From contig NC_135669.1 of assembly GCF_964188315.1 (NCBI RefSeq), forward strand, positions 20,274,001 to 20,338,000: a DNA stretch of 64,000 nt, in the 5' to 3' direction. The notes under the pieces were generated by a model. It was not told the origin of the DNA and did not search any database. It saw nothing but the letters and a program-made list of their open reading frames with translations. This DNA is from Podarcis muralis. Its lineage: Eukaryota. The position numbers and the translations under genes are program-made. This document shows, one piece after another, positions 25,301 through 34,405 of this stretch; position 1 is the first letter of the stretch, and every line of letters begins with the position of its first letter.

Positions 25301-25652
25301 AAGCATTTAAGGCAGATCAGGAGACGGGCAAGCTCCTCCTGTGGATGTGAAACCTGGAACGCTTCCATCCTTCCCCTAGTCGATACTAGGTGCTGCCCGG
25401 GTGGCTCTGCTGCCAGCCACGGGGCTGAGGAGGATGGTGGTGGCATCAGCTAGAAGAACCAGCCAAGCTCTCCAGACCCGGCAGGGAAACACCACCTCTC
25501 CCTTTCTTTAACACGACACAGCTGGCAAAGCTGGTCTTCTTCGTAGCCCTGGGCTGACCCCAAGAAGCGCTCCCTCCCTCTTTGCCCAGCTCCCAAGCAG
25601 CAAGCTGGCCCCAGCTAACTCACCAGACGCAGCAGCAGCACTGGTTGCCCAT
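10050..25652 (-). CDS. C11orf52: C11orf52 homolog, full spliced model, 123 aa
   Basis: complement(join(25624-25652,14465-14505,12224-12273,10050-10301)) = 372 nt, all GT-AG, phases 2/1/0. Protein MGNQCCCCVWNCPSPFKRKKEKPGTRIIKSSTQQHPESKKGMDV...HYADIQV...TEYATLNFPRATLKYDSKNGTLV. The C-terminus YDSKNGTLV is diagnostic. Confidence 0.92.
10456..10888 (+). mobile_element. tRNA-derived SINE with CR1-like tail, split by a Tigger-like MITE at 10594-10842
   Basis: SINE halves join at CAATA|CTGGGCTAG; the inner element has TIRs CAGTCGTACCTTGG / CCAAGGTACGACTG and a TA TSD. Confidence 0.75.
11085..11265 (-). mobile_element. tRNA-derived SINE, same family as 23712-23892
   Basis: Reverse complement shows TTTGCATGCAGAAGGTCCCAGGTTCGATACC and the ...CTCAGTATAAGGCAGC tail. 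Confidence 0.65.
11401..11758 (-). mobile_element. Sauria SINE, full length
   Basis: Near-identical to 2856-3217; 13-bp TSD CAACCCATGGTTA (11388-11400, 11761-11773). Confidence 0.9.
11817..11950 (-). mobile_element. CR1 LINE 3' end fragment
   Basis: Similar to the CR1 3' UTR at 29254-29400 (AGTTGGAAGG...CCCAAGGGTC...AAAAACCTCCAA). Confidence 0.7.
12224..12273 (-). CDS. C11orf52: C11orf52 coding exon 3
   Basis: TTCTTCCGCAG|GTACA...AAGAAG|GTAAAA; 50 nt, phase 1 to 0; (G)TRIIKSSTQQHPESKK. Confidence 0.85.
13208..13583. mobile_element. hAT-like MITE containing an L2 3' tail (about 13440-13540)
   Basis: TIR-like CAGACCCTCCAA / TTGGAGGGTATG; internal GGAAGCTGCCCAGAGTGACTGGGGAACCCAGTCAGATGGG block. 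Confidence 0.55.
13632..13879 (+). mobile_element. Tigger-like MITE, family B (CpG-rich)
   Basis: CAGTGGTACCTCGGG...CCCGAGGTATGACTG with TA TSD; internal 13-bp hairpin at 13786-13818. Confidence 0.85.
14465..14505 (-). CDS. C11orf52: C11orf52 coding exon 2
   Basis: TTTTATTTCAG|GAAC...CCAG|GTAAAT; 41 nt; NCPSPFKRKKEKP. Confidence 0.9.
15857..15983. mobile_element. Short hAT (Blackjack-like) MITE
   Basis: TIRs TAGGGCTGCCATA / TATGGCAACCCTA; imperfect TSD AC(A/C)TGAG. Confidence 0.6.
16401..16630. mobile_element. hAT MITE, truncated, same family as 62697-62947
   Basis: Shares GGCCCACAAATAACCCAGAGATGCATTTTAAATAAAAG and the TTTGCCTACCCATG terminus. Confidence 0.75.
17358..17571 (+). mobile_element. 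Tigger-like MITE, family B related
   Basis: TA|CAGTGGACGCTTGGG...GAGGTATGACTG; shares the CCCGGAAGTAAC core with 13632. Confidence 0.75.
20573..22073. mobile_element. Non-autonomous TcMar-Tc2/pogo-like DNA transposon carrying a tandem array
   Basis: TIRs CCGTATTTTCCCCTCTATAACACGCA / TGCGTGTTATAGAGCGAAAAATACGG, TA TSDs (20571-72, 22074-75), subterminal GTGCGTGTTAT repeats, no transposase ORF. Confidence 0.85.
21087..21985 (+). repeat. 154-bp tandem repeat, about 5.8 copies
   Basis: GTGGTT anchor recurs at 21092, 21246, 21400, 21554, 21708 and 21862 (exact period 154). Confidence 0.97.
22691..22913 (-). mobile_element. Sauria SINE, 5'-truncated
   Basis: AAAGGTAAAGGGACCCCTGACC...ATCTACTTGCAC; the tRNA head is missing. 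Confidence 0.85.
23245..23427. mobile_element. Tc2-like MITE
   Basis: TA|CTGTATTTACCCG...GTAAACACGG|TA; internal GAAAATTGAGGTGCGCATTA direct repeat. Confidence 0.75.
23432..23658 (+). mobile_element. Tigger-like MITE, family A
   Basis: TIRs, TA TSD; abuts the preceding Tc2 MITE via TATA. Confidence 0.9.
23712..23892 (+). mobile_element. tRNA-derived SINE with CR1-like tail
   Basis: A/B-box-like head GGACTATAGCTCAGTAG...GTTTCAATCCCC, followed by a non-tRNA body. Confidence 0.7.
24070..24425 (-). mobile_element. Sauria SINE, full length
   Basis: 14-bp TSD CCCAAATAG(T/C)GGTT. Confidence 0.9.
25624..25652 (-). CDS. C11orf52: C11orf52 coding exon 1
   Basis: GAAATGGGCAACCAGTGCTGCTGCTGCGTCTG|GTGAGT; MGNQCCCCVW, matching the family MGNxxC-rich N-terminus. 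Confidence 0.88.
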
Positions 25653-25930
25653 TTCGCTCTCTGGAGGGAGAAATCTTGCCTTTCTGGAGAGGAGAACCTC
25701 ACTGGAGCACAGGGCGCCCGCATTTCCTGGTTCCCTGTTCAGCCCCTGGCAGATCCAATCCAAGGGAGTGTCTGGATCATGGACGTGTCAGGTTTCTCCC
25801 TCCATCAAGGAAGGCAAAGCTGTGTGTGCCATCTACTGGACAGAAGATCTCCCGAAGGCAGCGGCGTCGGCGTCTGCTGCTGTCGCTGCTCCTCTCCCAG
25901 CTGCTCCGCTTCCCCCCTTGAGTCTCTGCC
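25653..25930 (-). promoter_or_regulatory. Probable C11orf52 5' UTR / proximal promoter (GC-rich)
   Basis: GC- and CpG-enriched block directly upstream of the ATG. Confidence 0.45.
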
Positions 25931-26967
25931 TTGCTGGCTTTGGAGTATGTGGCAGCTTGAGTTATAGGAGTTAGATGCACAATGGCTTTTGGGCTCCTCA
26001 CATCCGCTCGGAGCATCATGCCCAGGACATTCAGCTCTCCACCACCGCAAGAGCTGAAATGGGTGAGGAATCTGGCAGAAGGAATCATATCCATATGGAC
26101 GGATGCACAGATTTTGATTTTGAAAAATATTTCCAAACTTCCAGTGGGGTGAGGAGCCGACTTGCCCATGGTTGCAGGCTTGTCTTATTCTCATGCAACA
26201 TTTTGCTCTGAAAAAACAACTACCTGAAGATCATGATCCCGACTTACTGGCCCGACATCAGTGGCAGACTTTAGGCTTTAAAATTTCAGCAGTAAAATTG
26301 GTGCAACACCAAAATTCAGAGCCCCCACATCTCGCTTTCTGTTGTATGGTGCCAAGTGTGGGTGAACCAGTCATGCTCCCCTAAATCTGCCTCTGCCAAC
26401 ATCCTCCCTTCTTCCTCACCACACCATGATATGATGATGAGTGTGTGGTTAATTTATAGGAGGGGGGCTAGTGTGTATTCTTTTATGTTCCTGAGAGGCC
26501 TCCTGAGCTCTCTGCAGCTGCAAAAGAGACAGCAGTTCTACAGGTGGTCTTTGCCATCCCTGAGCATGCTATCTGCAGGTTTTTGGCAGGGGAATTCCAA
26601 AAACTAGACTCAGGAAGTTTTGAAACAAAAACAGGGTATACGTAGCTCTCTCTGCTCTTCTCCATCACCAGTCACCTTGCATCTGCAGGAGACAGCAAGG
26701 GATAAAGGAAGAGGAGATATTCTGCTCGTTGAGATCCTCAGCAGAACTGGGGTTAGGTGGAAAGGCTGTGGCCAAGAAGCGGACCATAGCCGAGTGAAAG
26801 GGCTCGTGCTTGGCATGTAGAAGGGCCCAACTTCAACCTCCATTTGAAAAGATCAGGCGACAGGTGATGGGAATCATAAGAGCCCTACAGGATCAGTCCA
26901 AAGGCCTGCCTCCTCCAGTATCCTGTTTTCACAGTCACCAACCAGATGCTGATTGTGGAAAATGTGA

Positions 26968-27378
26968 ATAATAATAATAATACATTTTATTTATACCCTT
27001 CCCAGGGTGGCTAACACCAATAAAATCACAGTAAAAACATAATTGGGGGGGGGGGCAATTTAAAATGCAATTTGAAATGCAGCCTCATTTTAAAAGTAGC
27101 CGATAAATCAAGACCGTAAGGGGAGGGAACATAAGGGTCAGACTGAGTCCAAACCAAAGGCGAGGCAGAACAGCTCTGTCTTGCAGGCCCTGCGGAAAGA
27201 TGTCAAGTCCCACAGGGCCCCAGTCTCTTGTGACAGAGCATTCCACCAAGTCGGGGCCAGTACTGAAAAGGCCATGGCCCTAGTTGAGACCAATCTAACC
27301 ACCTTGCGACCTGGGACCTCCAAAATGTTGTCATTGGTGGACCTTAATGTCCTCCGCGGGGCATACGAGGAGAGGCAG
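26968..27378 (-). mobile_element. L2 LINE 3' fragment
   Basis: Translates to YAPRRTLRS...AFSVLAPTWWNAL...FRRACKTELF (L2 ORF2 C-terminus), with a (TAA)n-type tail. Confidence 0.8.
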
Positions 27379-28502
27379 TAACACTTGCTTTGACACATCA
27401 TCATCTAACCCCCCACAAACAAATTAGAATGAATGCTCATTAAATAACCAACACTGTCTAATCTCTCTGTGAACCAATCAGAATGAATCTTCAATAAGCA
27501 GCTCATCTAGAAGCATCCAGAGTGTCTGATCGTTTTAGTGGCTTCCATGACTATATTCATAGTGCAAACAAGTACAGTACAGTAGCCCTGAACAAACCCC
27601 CTCCCCAGAAACACTAGGCCTTTGCTAATACGAGCACAGTCCCTGAATCTGTTTTGATTTCCAGAACATCTATTGAGTTTTCTTAGCCCTGTGCTGAGAC
27701 CCAAAAATAACACAAACTCTGGGTTTGCACGCCTGCTCCTTTAAGCCCCTCTCTGGACATGTGCTCAGTTTGCTCAGGGTTTTTTTTTAGCTCCTCTGGG
27801 GAAACAGAGAAGCATCAAAAACACCACCCCTGCCAGCCAATCCTTGGCTGCCAGTCCACATTCCCTTTTCATAACGTGTCTGCGGGCACAAAAGGGAGTC
27901 TGGGTCTCAGCGCCCAGGCTTAACAATGCAATGCGGGGCAGTGGAGTGGGGGGTGGATTATGCTTTGCTGGCAAAAATCTGGGCCTGTAATTCCCTGCAG
28001 TAGATGGGCCAAAACCAAGACCCACTTCTTTGGGGCCTGAAATGTAGGCATGGGCAAACCAGAATTTCATTATTCTGATCTTAAATCCAGCTCTCCACAT
28101 TTCTGCAGCAATTTGCAATTGGTTTTTGAAAATCCTCATGAAAATTCAGCATTTTAGTGCAATTTTCTTCCACTAAATGCATTTTTGTAGTTTCTTGTTT
28201 AGCAATATGCACATTTTGCATGCTATTTTGTGACTAATATATACATTTTTAAAGTGCATCCCTCCCCCTCGCCCATTATATGCATTTGTATGCACTGTTT
28301 GCTTGGATAGCTGCATTGCAAAATACAGAGAACTGCAGATATTGAAGGATGGTGTTTTGGTTCACACATTGGCTCAAGAGGTGTGGAATTAGGAAGTTTC
28401 TCATTGAAATGTAAACAAAGTTAAATTTCTCCTCCACTGCTACTGACACGAGAGGCATGTGCAATAATGTGTTTCTGTAACGAAGGAATTGAGCACTGGC
28501 TG

Positions 28503-28801
28503 TGAAATATACTCGGAGTCGAGAATCCCACCTTCGTTGCCAGTGAAATATACTCGGAGCCGCTAGTGGATTTCATGCTCTTTATTCAGCTCATAGAGGT
28601 GAGGAGGAATGGAAGTTCCCCCAAAATGTCTGCCTTATATACATTATTTACACAATGGGCCCCACGTGATTGGCTAATTCCGGGATTCTCCTGTAGGCCA
28701 ATCGGTTTGCGGATTCCCTTCCACCTGGAGCTGGATTGGGTGGCTCCTGTGGACCAATCAGACTACTGCCTTTTGGATCCTATTCAACTCAGTACATAAC
28801 A
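28503..28801 (-). mobile_element. Minimal LTR retroelement: 258-bp LTR + tRNA-Ser PBS + 21-nt LTR end
   Basis: On -, TGTTATGTAC...TATATTTCA LTR (28801-28544) with CCAAT boxes, TATATAA and AATAAA; PBS at 28542-28525; second U5 end at 28523-28503; 5-bp TSD GGCTG. Confidence 0.85.
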
Positions 28802-29253
28802 GGCTGGAAGAGGGCAACAGTGCCCAGCTCTGCAGGGTGGCATCCTGAAGTCCATCAGACCAGCACGGGGCAGAGAAAAGAGGATGAAAGGTCAGAATTA
28901 TTGAGTTTTGCAAATGTAAGAAGAGACCTGCTGGATCAGACCAAGGGCACATTTGGCATCCGTTTCTCTCCATGATTAACTGGATGCGTATGAGAAACCC
29001 ACAAGTAGGACTCAAGTACAAGAGCTTGGCTGCTACCAAACTCACTGGATGATCAGAGGCCAGTTCCTGTTTCTTAGCCTAATTTACCATAGATATTCTT
29101 CCAAAGCAAATTTGCCTAATATCATGCATTCTTGCATGATATTTAATATATGCCTTTTAATGCAAAAAAATTACCCTAGTATATGCATTTTTGTACACCT
29201 TACTTGGCCGGGGAACTACATTGCAAAATCTGGAGAAGCATGACTTTCTAATC

Positions 29254-30220
29254 ATCATAGAATCGTAGAATTGTAGAGTTGGAAGGACCCCAAGGGTCAT
29301 CTAGTCCAACCCACTGCAAGAATCTCAACTAAAGTATCCATGACAGATGGCCATCCAACCTCTGTGTAAAAACCTCCAATGAAAGAGAGTCCACCACCTT
29401 CTGAAGGAGTCTGTTCCACTGCTGAACAGCTCTTAACGTCAGAAAGTTCTTCCTGATGTTTAGTCGGAATTTCCTTTCTTGTAACATGAATCCATTGGTT
29501 CGGGTCCTACCCTCCAGAGCAGCAGAAAACAAGCTTGCCCCATCTTCCAGGTGACAGCCCTTGAGATATGTGAAGATGGCTATTCTATCTCCTCTCAGTC
29601 TCCTCTTTTCCAAGCTGAACATAACTTTTTATGTTGTGAACCACCCTGTGATGTTTAGATGAAAAGCAGTACAGCGGTACCTCGGGTTACATACGCTTCA
29701 GGTTACAGACTCCGCTAACCCAGAAATAGTCCCTCGGGTTAAGAACTTTGCTTCAGGATGAGAACAGAAATCGTGCTCCGGCGGCGCGGCAGCAGCAGGA
29801 GGCCCCATTAGCTAAAGTGGTGCTTCAGGTTAAGAACAGTTTCAGGTTAAGAACAGACCTCCAAAACGAATTAAGTACTTAACCCGAGGTACCACTGTAT
29901 ACAAATTGAATAAAATAGATAAATAAATAAAATCCCTCAACGGTGCACCATAAGGCTTTCCAGACCCTTGATCATATTGCTTGCTCTCCTCTGCACACGT
30001 TCCAGCTTGTCAACAACCTTCTTAAATTGTGGTGCCCAGAACTGGAGACAGTACTCCAGGCGTGGTCTGACCAAGGCAGAATAGAGCGGTGCTATGGCTT
30101 CCCTGGATTTAGACACCAAACTTCTGTTAATGCAGCATAGAATAACATTTGCTTTTTTTGCTGCTGCATCACGCTGTTGACTCATGTTAATATTGTGCTC
30201 TACTAAGACCCCCAGATCTT
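29254..30220 (-). mobile_element. CR1 LINE 3' portion (RT C-terminus plus 3' UTR), interrupted at about 29623-29940
   Basis: ORFs QQRDAAAKKAN...LVRPRLEYCLQFWAP and FSLEKRRLRGD...RLDGHL; tail ATTCTACGATTCTATGAT. Confidence 0.9.
29672..29897 (-). mobile_element. Tigger-like MITE, family A, nested in a LINE tail inside CR1
   Basis: TIRs and TA TSD. Confidence 0.9.
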
Positions 30221-31384
30221 AGATGCCTGTGTTTCGGTTCGCATATTATTTCAGAAAGTGCGCATTTGGTAGGGTTGTTAAATGTGAATTGGATTGAATT
30301 CCTCTCCCGTCTTTGCTGAGAAGGTACAAAAAAAATGGTTTATCTTCCACACCTCTGGGAAGGTGCATAGCACCCAAGTTAATTTGGGGTCCTCAAAGCC
30401 CTCTCTCTTTCACTGGGCATTAAAAACCCCTGACAAGAATAAAATAAGTAACAATTTGCTGTCATTTGGCAGCACCCACAATCAGCTGCTCAAGCCAGCT
30501 GCCTCCCTCTGCCTAATGGGATGCTCAATAAGAAGGAAACTTTATCCTGAATAGTTTTTCTTCTTCTTGCCAAGGAACCCTGGGGATGGCTGACAAGCAC
30601 TTGACATTTTTTCAGGGTCATTACAATTTTAATGATAACCCCCCAACGATATATTTTAGGAAGTATGTATGTTCACTATGCATTCAGAAGCCTCTTGAGA
30701 TATTGTAGCCAAATTTGCATGAAGATTCATTTGCTTTCCCCGATACCTTCTCCTCTCTCCATCTTTTGCAGTCGCCCCTTCTGCTGAAATATAGAAAACT
30801 AAGTTTTCTTGGGCAGGGATCTGTGTTGTTTTTTTTTACATCACACAAAACATGTGGTGATTTGGGATCACAGGGGGCCAAAAAAACAACACCTTTTTGT
30901 ATATGCAGTAGGTCTCTGTCTCCAGCATCCTAGAGCCCCACATAAAAAGAAAGGGTTTTTTAGCCACTAAGAAGCCTTCTCACCTTTAGCGCTGATTGGA
31001 GTCAGTCAGAGTGAAAAGAGAAGAGTCAGCCACTGAGGACTGGCTGCTAGGGTCACTCTGGAAAAGGCGCATGAGGAAAACACCAAGGGGGAGTTGTTTA
31101 GTATGCTCCAAACCTAAGCATTTAGACACACTGAAAACACAAGGTACCTCCATTTCAAGACACTGGTGTGCAAGTTCTGTTACATACACAGGAACGTCAA
31201 GGAAAACACAAATTAAGATACTCTGAAAGAAGATTGGCACTGGCCATTCCAATGCATCCCTATTTGCGTGTTCAGACCCAGAAACCTCCCCCCTAAATAA
31301 ATTCACACTTGTCTCAAATTTTAGTTTTGGTTTTTGGCAGAATTTAGGCCACAGCTTTATTGATTACAGAAAGTGACTGGTTGC

Positions 31385-31968
31385 ATAGGCTCTGGTTCAA
31401 CTAGCTCCCTGCCATGCAGGTAGCGCTGACCCAGGGTTCCAGCATAGGTCAGCCAAGGGTGAACACCTGGATAAGCGGAAAGCCGGGAACAGGCTATCTC
31501 CGCCACCCAAATGTCCCCCTCTCAGGGGTTGACCAAACCATTGAGTCCCTGGATTCCTTTAACAGAATACCTTTCACATATGATGGCGAGAGCGTTCTCC
31601 CATCCCTATCACCTGAACCAGAGCCTATCCGCAACCTTACAAGTTGTGACGCAGCAGGCGAAACCCAAATGGCAACAGCCAATCAGCCAAGTGGGGAAAA
31701 TTCCTGCCATGCCCCTGTCCCAATGACAGATGACACACAACAACATAACAAAGTCAAGCGCAAAGCCCTAAAAGTAGGAAGAGGTGGGCGGGTGTTCCAA
31801 ATGCACGTGCCGAAAGAGGAAGCTCTGGGTGACGTGCATGGGTATAAATAGGTCCCTCGAACTGTTTGGACTGCGTCCCATTGGCCAGATTGCACCCAGC
31901 TATGAGGGACCTACCAATTGGGTGTTGTGGCTGACCAATCGTATCCACCCACAACACAGGGTGTCACC
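31385..31968. mobile_element. Unclassified LTR-like or promoter-like repeat
   Basis: CpG-retaining block with GTATAAATAG and several CCAAT motifs, ending GGGTGTCA; internal 15-bp inverted repeat; no TSD found. Confidence 0.35.
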
Positions 31969-33548
31969 ATAATACGCGCCCTCTTTAAGGGAGGACCCGA
32001 TTTATCATTACTGCCTCATTATAAGATTGCATAATCTTAGAATGTTACATTATCTTAGGAGGGTGTGACTGAGAGTGGCCATGGCTGTGACTATTAAGGG
32101 ACTCTGCACTTCTGAATTTGCCACTACACTACTGACGTCATGCCATAAAATGATGGTGCTCTGTCATTATAACATTCTACATAATTACTTGGAAGTATCG
32201 CTCAGATCAGTGAGACATACTTCCTAATAAGCGGGTACAGGACTGCAGTCTAAACCCTGTTAACTTATCAAGCTTCTTATATTCATGTTCCTGCTGTTTC
32301 ACATCAAGACGATGGGCCTACACCCAATGTGTACCCTGAGGTCACCTGCATTGCAAAACACCTGCTTATGGCCCTCGGTTAACAATCAGCTGCCTCCAAG
32401 GTGTGTTGTGGAAGTAAAAGTCAATAGAGCTGGTAAGCTTGTTTGCGCAGGAGAAATGTTTTAGTCATGAGGAATAGTAAGCTTACAAACTTCGGTTCTC
32501 CCCCCCCCCCTTTGTTTATTTTTATGAGCTTTCAGAATGGCATGCCTCACTGGATTAAGCACACATGTGCCTCCTTTCAGTTGTGGTTTTATTAATGCCT
32601 TATTCTCATGGCACAAAAAAAGCAAACATATGAGTTCAGTAGCCAACACACCCAGCTGGAGCAGCCAGTTAATGCACCATCAGAAAAGGGGATATGAATT
32701 TCCAAGAAAAGAGGGTGCCAATTTGCACATGGTAACTTAGAGGCAATCCATACCTCGTCTTAATGTGGATTATGAACCCCTTGTCCTTCTTTTAATTCCC
32801 CCTCGTTTGTGCAGTGTTTTCCTCCAACTACTGCTGTCCCACACTTTCTTTTCCCTAAATTCCTGTGATTTGAAAATCCAAAATAGCTTATATTGATTGC
32901 ATAGGGAATCTCTGGGTTTAGGGAGGAGAACGTCTGGGACAGCAGGAGTTAGAAGAGAATGCTGCATGAACGGGGGGCAGGGTGGGATTAAAGGAAGCAC
33001 AAGGGGTTCAGAATCCACATCAAGTTGAGGTATGGATGGGCCATTGCTTCTACAGTATTCCTAAAACTCAGGAATAATTACTGTGCTGCCATTGAAATAG
33101 GAACACAATTCATCTCACCATAGTGGGAAGAGGTTGAGGTGGCTTGTGTGCTTGCCCAGTCTGCCAACATATGCCTCATAATTTGGGGCATGGTGGGAGC
33201 TCACACTCCCATTAAGGGGGCCGTATCAATATTGGCACTGCTGCACTGTCGCCAGCTTATTTTTTTCAGAATCCCACTAACTTGAGCTCCATGGACCAAA
33301 TAGGCAAAACTAACTGCATTGCGATGAGTGGCAGTGCCCTTGTTGCCATGACAACACGAGTAATTGATGGTGGCTGCTGCTGGCAGAACCAATGGAAGCA
33401 GCTCGGCCCAATCAGATTGACCAGGATGCCCGCCAGGCACTCTACTGCCTTCTGATTGGTCAAATGAACATCCTATCTCCTTGCCTCTGAGTCTTGAAAG
33501 AATATTAGTGAGGTACAGAGGTCCACAAGCGTATAATTCTCAGGATTA

Positions 33549-33554
33549 TTTATT
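33549..33554 (-). terminator. Candidate HSPB2 polyadenylation signal
   Basis: AATAAA on the - strand about 410 nt after the stop codon. Confidence 0.5.
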
Positions 33555-33962
33555 TTTTTAAAAACCAATTTATACATTCAGAGCATGAGGCTTAACAGTT
33601 CAAACACACACACAGAGAAAAAAAGTTGATCCAATTCAGTAGGCATACAATAGGACAGGGGCGTTTGCCAATTTTTTTATGCCGATTGGCATGTTTGAAA
33701 TTTTTTTGAGAATGTGCCATGGACACCAGTCACAAAATGGCTGCCTTGGGGGCATGGCATAAAAACATGGCTGCTGCGGGTGCGTGGCATAACACAAAAT
33801 GGCTGCCACATCTAAAGGATGAGAAAAAGAGACAGGACCCCACAAAGCCATGTGGGTAGGCCCCCTTCCCCAAATCAGCCGTCCAATCCTGACATTCAGT
33901 GAAATGTGTGCACGTTGAAGGGGGCATGTTCAATGTGGGAGAGGACATTGCTGAGGGATGTT

Positions 33963-34405
33963 TTAGGGCTGTGGCTTCTCCTCACAGCCCTTTCCTTCCA
34001 CTGCTGGCTGTTCTTGGCGTGTTATTTTCACCTCATTGATTTTGGCCTTCACCTCCTTTCCTGTCCGCGGAGCTTCTATACTCAGGATGCCATCATGGGT
34101 CACGGTGGCTTTGACCAACAGAGGGTCAACATCAAGAGGGAGGATATAGGTCCTGGTGAACTCCCGGGATATGAAACCATGCCGATCTGCCTTCTGTGGG
34201 TGCTGAGCTGTCACCTCCAGGAGATTGTCCACTGTGCGGACAGCAATCTCATCTGGCGTGAACTGACAAACGTCAAGGAACACTTGGAATTTGTGGTCGT
34301 TGAGGTTGACCTCTGAGATCCCTCGGTCCAGCTGCTTATTAATCCGAGGTCTAATGTAGTAGCCATGGTACAATGTGGGGGACAGGATTTCCCCTGGGGA
34401 AACAC
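33963..34405 (-). CDS. HSPB2: HSPB2 exon 2 (alpha-crystallin domain)
   Basis: Acceptor CCCTTTTAG|GTGTTTCC, phase 1; ends TAA. Confidence 0.96.

Noticed and set aside
28503-28559. 16-bp repeat / 25-bp spacer / 16-bp repeat resembling a mini CRISPR
   Set aside because: Fully explained as two LTR U5 ends flanking a tRNA primer-binding site.
29329-30185. Reverse-transcriptase-like ORFs as host genes (also 27138-27404, 37224-37550, 41724-41972)
   Set aside because: Short 3' fragments of CR1, L2 and L1 LINEs lacking the RT core and start context.
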